A stretch of DNA of 63,542 nt, counting the filler, from Kipferlia bialata (Eukaryota), in assembly GCA_003568945.1 (NCBI GenBank). It is 5 parts of 5 records of this genome, joined end to end, with 100 filler letters (N's around TTAATTAATTAA, not from the genome) between each part and the next. Parts side by side here need not be neighbours in the genome. Positions count along the whole stretch, not along the records: positions 29,157 to 42,328 come from BDIP01000557.1; positions 42,429 to 59,377 come from BDIP01000558.1; 3 more parts are not named here. The stretch is one strand, 5' to 3'. A model generated the notes under the pieces. That model saw only the letters and a list, made by a program, of their open reading frames with translations. It had not been told where the DNA came from and ran no database searches. Position numbers and translations under genes: made by a program. Below, in pieces: positions 39,548-52,193 of the stretch; the stretch's first letter is position 1, and every line of letters begins with the position of its first letter.

Positions 39548-40281
39548 AGGCGGGTATTGGTCCGTAGTACATGTGTGACCCACTAGTCCGACAGAGAGAG
39601 AGGCAGAGGTCAAGGAGGGCCTTCGTTACAAGACTGGTGGTTGAGGCGCCAATGAGTCCGAGAGAGAGAGCGACAGAGAGATAGTGTTCCAATATGTCTT
39701 GCGATTGCAGTTAGTATTCATTACTGCTATTTGTATTTGGAGAGGGAGTGGCGAAAACAGTGTTCGACGTCTCAGTAACAATAGATTCTATATCAAAGTG
39801 GTGTTCCCCTGCCTATTGTACCAGTCCTGCCAGTCATTCTGTGTCTTGACAGATCACTGTAGTCTACAGTGATTTGTCAAAACACACTCAACAGTATGTA
39901 GACTGTAGAATCGGCATTAGGCAAATTCAGACTGATGACATCAGTCTGATGTCTTCGGTGACCATAATATACCTGAATTCTTCTACTGTAAATTTACTGT
40001 ATACTCAACCATGTGTGTGGTTGAATAAAGTTATTGCCAGGCATGACGTCTTTAACAGACCAGTCACTGGTCACCAGGACCAAGCGACCACTCCTATTGA
40101 GTAGGTATGTTTGTAGTGTGCGTCATCTTCATCCCGTGTCGCATTGTTGACCTGATGATTACGCTATTAGTGTCAGCACTAGACCCTCCATTGTGCATGG
40201 TGCCTAATACATACATCTCCTCTTATCACTGATATCTAGGGAATCTGCTTCTCATCGGGGCAGTCCTGCCGAACCTTGGGA

Positions 40282-41602
40282 ATGTCACAGCCTAGGGGAG
40301 CCATCACAGTGACCCGTTGCACCCTGCCCTGCCCCAACGTGCCCGAGACAGAGAACGGTGATACATTCTATGTGAGCGCTGTGGTTTCGACGGACTACGG
40401 TGGGGTACTGGTTGTACTCAAGAGCCTAGAGGGATCGGTTGAGTACCTCTATGAGATGAGCGGTGCCTTCCCAGATCACCCCATGGTCTGCACTCAGATA
40501 GCTACCCGCACGGATTCAGATGCGTGGATCAAGAGGGCGTGTCTTGGTGGGCAGGTGGCCCGTACTGAGTATTGGGAGGACATCACAAAGTGTGACCACA
40601 ACAGTATGCGTAGACTGGAAATCACAGACCTCGCTGATCCTGACTCTGCCCCACAGGTCAACAAGAGTCTCTCGACCCAATACATCGCCGCTAACGGTGG
40701 ACCTGTAGTGACGCTCCCTGAGACCGGGGCTCTATTTCCTTTCCCCAACATGCAGCGTTGTCTGTCATGTGGGCTTGATTGTCACGTAGTGTTCATTCCC
40801 ACTGACCCTGGGTTAAGACTGCCCCTTCCACGCAACTGGGGCGCCCCAAAGGCCAATGGGGCGTCTCTGTTCAACCCAGAGACTAGTGTATGGACAGAAG
40901 ACACTCGAGTGTGTCCAAGTATATGGCACTATCGTGCTACGGTGGTGGAGAATGACACTCTGCATGTGTTCACAGACACCGAGGGCCATGCAAGCCACTG
41001 GAAGTACACAATCCAGCATGGGTGGAGTGAGCAGGACCCGGTGCCTGACGCAGGGCAGGGAGTCACCTCGGCTCAGGTAGGGAGTGAGTGCATATACCTT
41101 GACAACTGGGATACACTATATATCACTCTCTTTCTATACAGAACTCCATACAATACAGTTCTAATAAGACACGAGAGTAGTTCTCGCATTCAGACATATG
41201 CCACCTCGTTCACACTTCATCTCCTCACACCAGTGTTATGGCCGTCTCATTCTGCTCACCTGTGATGCAGGTCTATACCTACATGACCTGGTCAGTGGTG
41301 ATTGGGGTAGAGTGGGAGACTCTCTTGAGAGAAGGATCGTGGGTGACCGCCTCCAACACGACAGTACCCTCTGCTTTGGGTATTACACTGGTCATACCAC
41401 ACTAAGTGATGTAGACGGGACTGAGCAGCAAGTCATTCCTGCATATCTCCTCAGGCTCCACGAGTCGCTGCTCTACCCCAGCGATGAGGTGGGATGGGGG
41501 CGCCTACTGGAATGGGACACGGACTGGAGAGTCACTTTAGGCATATACAAGGGGGCAAAGAGAGCACCTCTGAGGCGTAGAGAATTGGTACCCCCGAACT
41601 AG
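40282..41602 (+). CDS. Kelch/beta-propeller-like protein with one intron (~41077-41233)
   Basis: ORFs 40276-41265 and 41198-41602 joined at CAG|gtagg...ccag|TGT; propeller-like motifs LFNPETSVW, ATVVENDTLHVF, HWKYTIQHGW, YLHDLVSGDW. Confidence 0.6.
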
Positions 41603-42328
41603 ATCTCTAAGCATGGGATATATAGTGACTCTCCAGAGACAGATGTGCTGACTGACACTGCGAGTGATCCCTGACTCCAGGATACAGTGGTCACTAACGG
41701 CGTTAGTCTAACGCAACAGAGACTGATGCATACTAGACTGCTACGAGAGATGTGCCACATCATGTGGGTACATCCGTAACTGAGTCTGATTTCGGAACAA
41801 TTCCTCTTCCATAACCATGATCAGAACATTCAACCTCTCAACACGTGAATAGACCATTAGGAATCTTACGTCTATTGCCACTATCAACATAGCGAGAGTC
41901 TGAGCTCTTACCTCACTGAAACTGTATTAGTATCTCCATACAGAAGGATAAGTGCGATATCATGTTAGATTTGTGAATGCTAAGGAGAAGGTTGAGGCAT
42001 GGTTCATGTCTTCTTTGTCTCCTTCGCCTCGTACCCCAGTTGTACCAACAGCCCATTCAGCCTCTTCCTGCTGAACCCAACCTTCAGTAAGAGAGAGAGA
42101 GTATCGGTCACATACTACCTCAGAGCCTATGTTATAGTCACTTATGTACCCACACTCACCAGGTTACACACAGTGGCTCTGTCTATTACGGCTACCAGGG
42201 CAGGGCACTCTGGGGTTAGACACTAGTACTATGCTATCACTAGTAGTATCATCCCCTACCTCCCGGTCCCTCCATCAGCCATGCCCCTACAAAGTGGGCC
42301 ACACTGCAGGGGTCGGTCCAGAAGTAGC

Positions 42329-42428
42329 NNNNNNNNNNNNNNNNNNNNNNNNNNNNNNNNNNNNNNNNNNNNTTAATTAATTAANNNNNNNNNNNNNNNN
42401 NNNNNNNNNNNNNNNNNNNNNNNNNNNN
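42329..42428. other. Artificial contig-join linker
   Basis: N-TTAATTAATTAA-N. Confidence 0.95.
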
Positions 42429-42437
42429 GAGAGAAGG

Positions 42438-42481
<44 letters not shown>

Positions 42482-42513
42482 GGACAAGAGCGAGAGAGAG
42501 AGATAGTCAATAC

Positions 42514-43774
42514 CTGATGGCAATGGGTAGGATCTGGTCTCCGGAGAGTCCTCCAGAGATGGCCCTGAGCTGGGTGCCGACACGGGGCCAGGGGTGGCCT
42601 AGGGGGTCAGGATATCGCGTAGAGAACACCACTATCGCGTAGAAATAACGACGTACCGGAGGGGAAGACCTTGGCCAGTCCGTTGACGGTGTTGATGGCA
42701 GTGACTCCAGCGGCACCTCCACGGATGGCGGCGTTGGCGAGCTGGGATAAGGACATAGACATATATATATACATATATACATAGTATACAATATACCTGC
42801 TCGATGATGGCTGTGTTGGGTGTCAGCTTGGCGAAGATGGGGATGTTCTTGGGCACACACTCCACACAGTATCTGGTGCACCTCTCAACGGCATCGACGT
42901 CAGTGCCAATGGCCATGGCCATGGCGTTCTCAGAGTCGAATCCTACGCGATTAGTAATCGAGAGTATCGTGTAGGATAGTGTATATATATATACCTCCAG
43001 CGTGGGCGTCCTCGCCGTCGTCTCCGGCACCGTGGCACTCGTTGGGGCAGGAGAAGTTGAGCTCAATGCCTGGGGGGTCAGTACATAGAGTGTATACATA
43101 CATATTGAGTATATATATATATTTAAATGGTTAGATATACGTACCGACGTTGCCACCGTCGCCGAGGGCCTCTGCGATCTGGGTACATGCCTCGACCCAG
43201 TCCTCCTGCTTGTCCATGCACATGACAGACACAACAAGACCCTAGAGGTAAGATATAGAGAGATATTCAGAATGAGGGGAAGAAAGAGAAAGAGAGAGAG
43301 AGAGGGGGGGGGGGGTACGAGAGAGAGACTGACCTTGTGGGGGTACTTGGCCCTGAGGGTGCGGACGGTGTCCAGCCAGTACTCGAAGGGGTGCTCAGTG
43401 ATCATGCAGATGTTCTAGAGTGAGAGGAGGCATCGCGTAGGAGAGCCTATCGCGTAGATATATATGAGTGTACCTGGAAGGAGGCGGAGGCGAGGTCGTG
43501 GGTGTTGACACGCACGATACGGACGTGGTTGTTGCCAGAGATGTCCTGGGGGTTAGGGGATTATGCATATACACATGTAGAACACTATGGATACTTAATA
43601 TGTGTATGAGTATGTGTATATNNNNNNNNNNNNNNNNNNNNNNNNNNNCTTAATATGTGTATGAGTATGTGTATATATGTTGCCAGAGATGTCCTGGAGG
43701 TTAGGGCGACCATACATATACATGTACCAATACACCCAGTTACATTACTATGGGTGAGTCTATATGTATGCGTA

Positions 43775-43812
<38 letters not shown>

Positions 43813-44076
43813 CATTATACCTTGGTGAGGCAGCATGTCTTGGTGATGGTGAATCCGAATCCGGCATCGTAGGCACGCTCGATCTGGGTATCAGTATCAG
43901 TAACAGTGTCAGGCACATGTAATAACAGAATGTATCAATGTTTCTGTGTGTGTTGCTATCACGATATACCTGCTCGAGAGTGGCAGAGATGGGGGCAGAG
44001 GAGGGTCCGAATGGGTTCTCGAGGGTCATGCCGCAGAACTCAGTCTTGAGGGAGACCTGGGGGGTTAGAGTATACA

Positions 44077-44113
<37 letters not shown>

Positions 44114-45257
44114 CTCATCGACAGCGGTGTGGAAGCCTGGGATGGCCTCGTTGACCACAGAGGGGTTGCCGGAGAGGAGGGCGTGGATGTGGGTGGCGGC
44201 GCACCTGACAATAAGGGGCTAGAGGGAGGGAGAGAGTTATATATACATGTATATATAAATATATATATATATACCTTCCGTCGTTAACAGCCTCGACCAC
44301 AGAGACAGAGTTGGAGGAGTCTCCACCAGCAAAGACGGGGAGGGCGAGCTCTCCCTCGGCAGCGTGGATCTGGTGGTGAGGTATATACGTAGAGTATATA
44401 ATATATATATATATATACATTAAGATAAGAAGGTATAAATACAAACAATAAATATAAACAATAAATATATGTACCTGCATGGTCTTGGGGTCGGTGCTGC
44501 TCTTGGGCAGGAGGGACACGGGCCTTGGGTTAATAATAGCAAAACAAAGTATAAAACTATACGCACATATACTCTATAGCCATATATAAATATGCGTGTA
44601 CCTGGCTCCGAGGCACAGGATGAGGTAGTCGCAGTCCAGCTCGTACTGGAGGCCAGTGGCGACGTACTTGCCGGCACGGCTCTTCTTGTTCACCTATCAG
44701 TTAGAAGTATACTCAACATATATTCAGAGAGTACTGGATTATAAAAAAAATATTTGAAGAAAAATGAAAGTAAAAGAAAGAGAAATATATATATATATAT
44801 AAATATATATGTATACCTTGAACACGACGGAGTCGAGGGCCTTGGCGTCGTTGCCGTTGACCTTGACGGGCTCCACAAGGGGCATGAGCTCGACGTCCTC
44901 AGCAAGGGCCTCGGCAAGCCTAGGGGTAAACATACATATATACAATTTGACTCCAAATATAAATAGTATTTATATGTTGTGTAAAAAGTGTGTGTGTGTA
45001 TATATATACCTGTTCTTGGCGGCACGCATGTCAGAGACCTGCTTGCGGAAGGCAACGGTGACGTGCTCGGCTCCCAGACTGGGGGTTAGAAATAGTATTG
45101 ACATACATAGGGGAAATATATATGGTAATTACAGCAGTATGCGTACCGGTAAGCGGTCTGGGCGCAGTCAAGGGCGGTGTCTCCAGCACCCACAACCACA
45201 ACCCTCTTGCCAGAGAGGTCCATGGGGGTCTTGCCGGGGACGTTCAGCTAACGTTAG

Positions 45258-45291
<34 letters not shown>

Positions 45292-45648
45292 CCATGGGGG
45301 TCTTGTCGGGGACGTTCAGCTAGGGTAAGATAAGAGAAACAGAACGGGGGAGAGAGAGGGGGGGGGGGGACTCGGAAGCATACACCTTGGTGCAAGAGAT
45401 ACTAAGACATAGTAGAATACTAGACTACCTTGGTGCTGAGGTTGACGGACGGCATGAATGTGTATATTCAAATAGTATACCTTGGTGATACTAAGAGAGA
45501 TAGTACTGTGAGGTATACCTTGGTGCTGAGGTTGACGGAGCGCAGGAATGTGTGGCTGTCCACAATGCCAGACTCGACACCCTCCACGGGGAAGGGGACG
45601 GGGGCGGCACCTGGTATTGGTACATAGAGATATAAGAAGGGGGGGGGG

Positions 45649-45682
<34 letters not shown>

Positions 45683-46951
45683 CTCCACGGGGAAGGGGAC
45701 GGGGGCAGCACCTGAAGGGTAAGATATATATACGGAGAGAAAGAGAGAGAGATACTCGACTGGGAAAGGACGGGGGCCGCACCTGGTATTAGTATAACGA
45801 TCTATGAGCGGGGGAGAGAGAGAGAGAGAGAGAGAGAGAGATATTCTATACCAGCAAGGGACGGGGCGGACATAAAGGCTACTCATATGTATGTATGTAT
45901 GTATATATATATAGAGGGAGAGTGAGCTACTTACCGGGCTTTCCGCATCCGAGGAAGACTGCGCTGAATCCCTCGGCCTTGAGGGTCTCGATGGAGCAGG
46001 CATCGGAGCCAAACCTAGAATAAGGGATTTGTATATATGTGTGTATATATGAATATATATAGGGGGGGGGGGTCTCGATGGTGCAGGAATCGGAGCCAAA
46101 CCTATGGTAAGATACTATATATATACAAATAGATAGGGGGGGTCTCGATGGTGCAGGCAAACCTGTCGCAAGACCATATATTCACTTATATAATAATACT
46201 AATGAGTACTCTACATACAGTATATATATATCATATATATATATATATATATTGTATATATACTCACTTGGTGTTGAAGCGGAACTCGACGCCGATCTCC
46301 TCGGCCATCCTGACCTGGGAGTGACTAAGGGGGCAGATATGTGTGGTATAGGGGGGGGGGGGTCATAGTGAAGAGTGATATGTAATATACAGAGTAGAAT
46401 ATAACAGAGAGAAGTGTGGACTATACCTCAAAGTCGACGGCCTCGAGGGGCAGGCGCCACTCTGGGAGCTCAGAGACAAGGAGACCACCGGCCCTGGGGG
46501 CAGCGTCGATCACAGTGACCTGGAGGGTTAGACATCTATATACACAATAATAGAGAGAGAGAGAGAGAGATCAGCGACCCAGAGGAAAGGACATGAATGT
46601 ATATGAGTATAGAGAGAGATAATGTGTGTGTATATATACCTTGTATCCCCATCTGGCGAGGAAGGTAGCGGCAGACAGACCGGCTGGGCCGGCACCCACC
46701 ACAGCCACGGACTCGGCCTTGGGGGCGATCTTGGGGTCCCTGGATGTAAGAGGAGAGCCTATGTAACACAATAGTACTACAGTGGATAAATATATATATA
46801 TATATACATACTACTATATACCTGGTCTGGGTGATGTTGAGCTTGGCGAAATATTTTCTATACACTATATAATAATATTCTTAAAGGACTTTATATGTAT
46901 ATATCTATACCTGGTCTGGGTGATGTTGAGCTTGGCGAAGTTCTCGAGCAC

Positions 46952-47000
<49 letters not shown>

Positions 47001-48038
47001 ATATGTATGTATATGTATATATATACCTGGTCTGGGTGATGTTGAGCTTGGCGAAGTTCTCGAGCACCCATCTCTGGATGTCGGCTGTCTTGATGGAGCC
47101 CTGGGCAGTGTTGGCAAGGGAGCATCCGCCCTGATATGAGAGAGGGAGGTGGGGGGGGGCAGATAGGGAGGGAGGTGGGGAGTGATAGAAAGTATGTTGG
47201 CAAAGGGAGTATCCACGGGAATATGAGATTGTAGAGAGGAGGGGGGGGGGGGCAGAGAATGAGAAGCAGTACCTGGCACATCTCGTCGCACTGGCACAGG
47301 AATGCAGTGGAGAGTCCGAGGGGGTTGGCACCCAGGATGGCCTTGGTGGCGGCATAGAAGTTGTGCTCACCTATGATAAGAGATACTAGGTACAAATAGA
47401 CTGAGAGAGAGAGAATGAGAATGAGATAGAGTGTAGTATATATATACCTGCGGCGTGGATCATGTCCTTGACGTTGATCTGGGCGGCACAGGAGGTGTTG
47501 CACCTAGCATCGGCACAGTAGAGGCACCTGCGGGACTGGGGTGAGGTATGAAGAGGTATGACGAGATATTATAACAAAAGTAACAGGTGTGTTTCAAGTC
47601 CCTCACGCACTCAATCTACGATAATATACACCCACGCACACTTCCGAAGAGACTGAGCAACACAACCCATGTATACACGCATACAACAAGTATATCTGTG
47701 GTAGACACCGATCACACAAGATACGGCACCAACGGTAGCGCACTGAGGTTCGTGGAAGATTCTTGACTATCTGCATACACACAAGATATGCTTGCAGGGA
47801 ACCCCACAACCAGCCCCACAGACATCCTGCACTATATATACTATAGATATGCTGGTAGAAGGGACTGTACCTCGTTGATGATCTCGGCATCGGTCCACCT
47901 GGGGGGGCAGGACCACTGGCCCTTGAGAGCGGGACCCTTGGCACCGGGGGCAAGGGTAGCGCACCCCTCCCTCTCGCACCTGGCGCACTCGGTAGAGCGG
48001 CAGTGCACAGCGGAATCCTCAAGCTCAGGAACGGGCAT
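42514..48038 (-). CDS. DPYD: Dihydropyrimidine dehydrogenase (Fe-S/FAD/NADPH domains fused to the FMN barrel); C-terminal ferredoxin part lies beyond the contig end
   Basis: RCLYCADARCNTSC, NPLGLSTAFLCQCDEMCQGGC, VAVVGAGPAGLSAATFLARWGY, VVVGAGDTALDCA, VFAGGD, VVEAVNDG, LENPFGPSSAP, ELNFSCP, IFAKLTPN, GVTAINTV, GGLSG, across ~23 GT-AG exons. Confidence 0.93.
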
Positions 48039-48347
48039 TATCGATCTAAAAGGTAAGATGGGGGTCAAAAGTGTGTCAGTCTTCCCTGCACGTGCACAAA
48101 GAAGACAGAATCAAGTATTGCTATACCAAAAGAACTCACACAGCTAATAAGAGACGAAGATAATGCTAGGCCTTACCAGGTTGTCCTAAACAGGCTTCAA
48201 TCAAGCTTGTCAGTGAGGATTGTTTTTTGTGATGCCCTACACCCTTTGTACAGATTTGACATCGTCTGAAACTCCAAGACCTCAAGTGACATAATCCTTT
48301 GAAACACCTTGGGACACCTTTTAGATCTACTCATACTGTGTGATAGA

Positions 48348-50782
48348 ATGAGCCTGAGCCCTAAAGTGGAATATGCGGAGGTGAGTCAGGTTGTATGATG
48401 GTATTGATACTGCAGTATTGGCTAAAAGGTGTGAACCTGACCCTATTATGTACTGTACGTCCCAATATACTAAGTCTAGGTCTCCCTCCCTGGGTTCCAG
48501 GTGACAACAGCAAGCACACTCACTAGGGTTGGCCCCAACTCAGTGCTAGCCATAGGTATAGCCCCTCTCTCTCCATGGATACATGTGCAGTTAGTCCCTC
48601 CCCCCCCCCCTCCCCCCACATATATGAATGTACAAATATGTATAGTTGACCTAACTCAGTGCTATATGCATAAGTACTCCCCTATATCAGTCTCTATCTT
48701 CATTGATAAAGGAATATCCCCCCCCCCTTCCTTCCTTCCTTCTACTCTACTAGAGAGTATAATGTAAACATGTGTATGTATAACCAGTGTTCATTCCCTC
48801 CTTTCTCATACCTAAGGGATGAATGAGTGTTACCCCCATGATGAACCCAATGGGCCTCCCCCCTGCTGTTGCCATCTGGTGACAGTGCCTGAGTCTCTCT
48901 CTCTCTCTCTCCCTTCGGACCTTGACTCTCTCTCTCTCTCCTCTGTCCCTGTGCCTGGGTGTCCTATTCCGAGACATATAGTGGGGCACAGTGCCACTCG
49001 AATTGGGTCAGAGGTACGTATTGTATATATATATTCATATGTATTATACATATAGCAGTATACTCCAGTATAGCTCTTGCATATGTTTTCTGTTTCATCT
49101 TCATCTTCTTTCAATTACCGTGCTCACTCTAGGACCTAGAGTCTAGGTCTATGCGTTCGGTGGCCACGTACAAATATATTATTATACATATATAGTATTC
49201 ATTATTCTAACTCTAGGTCTATGTATTTGGTGGTCACCGGTTCTCCTCTTACTCTTCCTTCGATCGGTGTCTGTCCCAGTTATGGGTATACCACATGGAC
49301 ACAGGCAAGACTAATAGCATCTATAAATAGAGAGAGAGAGAGTGGTATTCTCCAGCATATTAGCTAATACTATACATACCTTAAATAGTTATAGTACCTT
49401 TCAAGAAGTGTCTGGATAGAGGTGAGGTGCTCCACCTCTGTCTACTTCTCTCTCTCTCCGTCTCCCCATCATCTCTCTTCTTTGACAGTTGTAGTGTCCT
49501 CTCTCTCTGTTACTCTCTCTCCCACCCCAAGCTTCTGTGTAAGTACAATTTCATTACTCCTCATTCTCAGTTGTTTGGTCCTTCTCCCCAGAACCGAATA
49601 TATATATTCTCGCCATTTGAAGAAATTGAATTTTGTGTTTTAATACTAGGTGCATGGTCCTCTCTCTCTAGTGCCGGCGTTGAGTCAGAGTGTCCTAACA
49701 ATTCTGATGATGAGAGCAGTAGCATATGCGAGGGGCTGTGGGGGAGTGGTGATGATTCAGATGGCCAGGGAGAAAGTGAGGGAGAAAGTGAGGGAGAGAG
49801 TGTGGGAGAGAGTGAGGGAGAGAGTGAGGGAGAGAGTGAGGGAGAGAGTGAGGGAGAAAGTGAGGGAGAGAGTGAGGGAGAGAGTGAGGGAGAGAGTGAG
49901 GGAGAGAGTGAGAGAGAGAGTGAATTTGTAGAGAGAGAGATTGGGACAGGGATACAGAAGGAGACGGCTGACTGGCCCTCACCCCGGTCAGGTCACTGTG
50001 CGTTTACACTGGAGGGTCAGGTTGGTATATATACATACACATACACATACCTGTATGAGTATAGAACTGTTATATATATACCACCTATACTTTTCAGGCC
50101 ACTGTGCATTCACGCTTGAGGGTCAGATTGGCAGGATAGAATATATTCATATAAGTTTATAGTACTATACTTATATTGTGAATTTCTTCATATATAGTAT
50201 ATCATGTAATATTCTACTCTCTGACCTCAGCTTGTTGTAGTTGGTGGCCACAATGACACTGGCACCCCACTCTGGGATGCATGGGTATATGACCCATATA
50301 CACCTTCAGTACCGACAGTAGAGACAGGGAGAGATGACTCATATGCAAGAGAGAGAGAGGGTGAATACCCTCGGAGGTCTTGGAGACCCCTTCCCCCTGT
50401 GCCCGACTTTCCCTACAGACACACCTACACTAGCAAGATGCACTGTGCAGTGGTAGGGTCAGTGGCACATATCTACTGTGAGGCATGCCACCTCACTCTC
50501 TCTCTCCCTGTAGTGGGCAACCCTCTATGGACAGTCTCAATGGACCACCGACACCCTGTTAGAGTGGCACCTCTTCTACCATACAAGCAGTGGATAGTGG
50601 CACTTGGTGGGCTGGCACCCTCTTCATATACACATGTGTATGATACAGTTACATGTCAGTGGGAGTGCATGGGTGTGGAGCCACCCGCTAGACTCATGCT
50701 AGATGCATGTATGGTGGGTGAGGGGGTGGCACTGGTGCTCTCACCAAAGAGGGTATTCTTGGTATATGTGTATGGTAGCTAA
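48348..50782 (+). CDS. Kelch-repeat protein with an acidic (ESEG)n insert
   Basis: Spliced GHSATRIGSE|VYVFGG...LWVYHMDT|GAW, WPSPRSGHCAFTLEGQ|LVVVGG...DAWVYDP, IVALGG...VYDTVTCQW; ends ...VYVYGS*. Confidence 0.8.
49769..49923 (+). repeat. 12-bp coding repeat GGAGAGAGTGAG encoding (GESE)n
   Basis: About 12 units read directly. Confidence 0.9.
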
Positions 50783-50816
50783 GCCTCAGCCTCAGGTGTC
50801 TGTAAAATATTTCTGA

Positions 50817-51855
50817 CTACTTAGTATTAAGGAGCTCTATTGGGTTCTGGGGTGAGTGTTGACAGTGACAGTAAACGTATATCATACCTGTTGGGGGCTG
50901 TAGGGGCTGAGCACAATGACCTTGATCCCAAGAGACTCGATCTTGTCTATGACACCCTTGGCAGTGTGGATGTGGGCGCCGTCCATGATGAGTACTGACC
51001 TGGGGAGAGGGTAGGGGTTGAGGTATCCCTTCCTGAAGAGGGCGAAGACGGTGTTGACGAAGGCAACAGAGTCATAGGTGCCAGTGACATAGTTATAGTC
51101 GAGCACACCAGTGTGGCCGATGAAGGCCATCACAGATATCCGTCCATTCCGGTCCATGGGCACACGCATGATGAGGTCCTTGCCCTTGTCCTCCCACCCA
51201 TAGCGGCGCAGGAGGTCCCGTACGTCGCAGGAGGACTCATCGCAGAACACCAACATGTCGTGGGAGGGTCTGAGACTGTTGATCTGAGCACTGTACTCAA
51301 TGATGGTGGCCACCCTCTGCCTGGCAGCAATGGTGCTGACCACCTTACGGCTCAGACCGTGGAGGTGGAGGATCCTGGACACTGAGGTGTCTGAAATGGA
51401 CCTGGAGTGAAAACAGTACTGACTAGTGGCAGTTGGTACCAGTATCAGTATCATCACTTACATGTTGAACTCAAGCCTGAACCGGGCACCAAACTCATCT
51501 AAGTATCCCATCGGGTCATTGCGAGCCAGAGACACGAGGAAGAGGCGGTGATGCTCCTTGAACTTGGCGTGCACGGCAGTCATTGGAATAGCGCGGGACA
51601 AATTGCCGGTGTCTCTCCACTGTTTTATCCACAGGTATACGCTGGATTGGTGAACCTGTAGGACCTTGGCAACAGTCTTAACCTTCACTTTGGTCTTGAC
51701 CACGGCCCATACACCTCTGGCCTTGGTTCTGGCACTGGGCTGGCGGAAGTACTTGCCAGGAGAAGATTCAACTTCTTCTGTCGACTCCTGAGATGAGACA
51801 ATACACAGCAGTGGTCTCTAGCTACAGTAAATGCATTTACAACTGGTCTCACCAT
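50817..51855 (-). mobile_element. IS630/Tc1-mariner DD34E transposase gene with three spliceosomal introns (290 aa when spliced)
   Basis: Exons 51855-51853, 51787-51462, 51401-50888 and 50846-50817 join in frame. HTH VAKVLQVHQSSVYLWIKQW; FCDES; RRYGW; LIMDGAHIH; LSPYSPQQ|NPIE, with 34 residues between the second D and the E. Confidence 0.88.
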
Positions 51856-52193
51856 CTCTACTGCCTCACAGGCTTCAATAATGACGAAAAGGCATGAATT
51901 TATTGCTTGCAAACCTTTTTCGTGCAAACTTTGGCGGTTGACCCCTTTCTTAAGTGGGATGTTTTACCCAATATATTGCGTTGGTGGTGAATATCACCTG
52001 AAATAGAGACCTGAAGTTGTATCTCTCTTGACGCTTTCCCAGATGTGTACTTCCACTATTTACTCCATTCTATTTGATATACCGGCAACTATAATAGTTC
52101 AACCACCTCAATCCATTCTCCAAGAGACTCACTATCATCTCTATCTATCAACTCTCTCCACTTTCTACTATCCAGGTTGCAAATGTCCCACTA

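Noticed and set aside
41977..42328. Possible first exons of a gene at the end of contig 3
   Set aside because: Too short, with no recognisable motif to support a call.
50782..52100. Fanzor/TnpB cargo next to the IS630/Tc1 transposase
   Set aside because: No RuvC or zinc-finger motifs and no room; the neighbours are a kelch gene and the 3' end of another gene.
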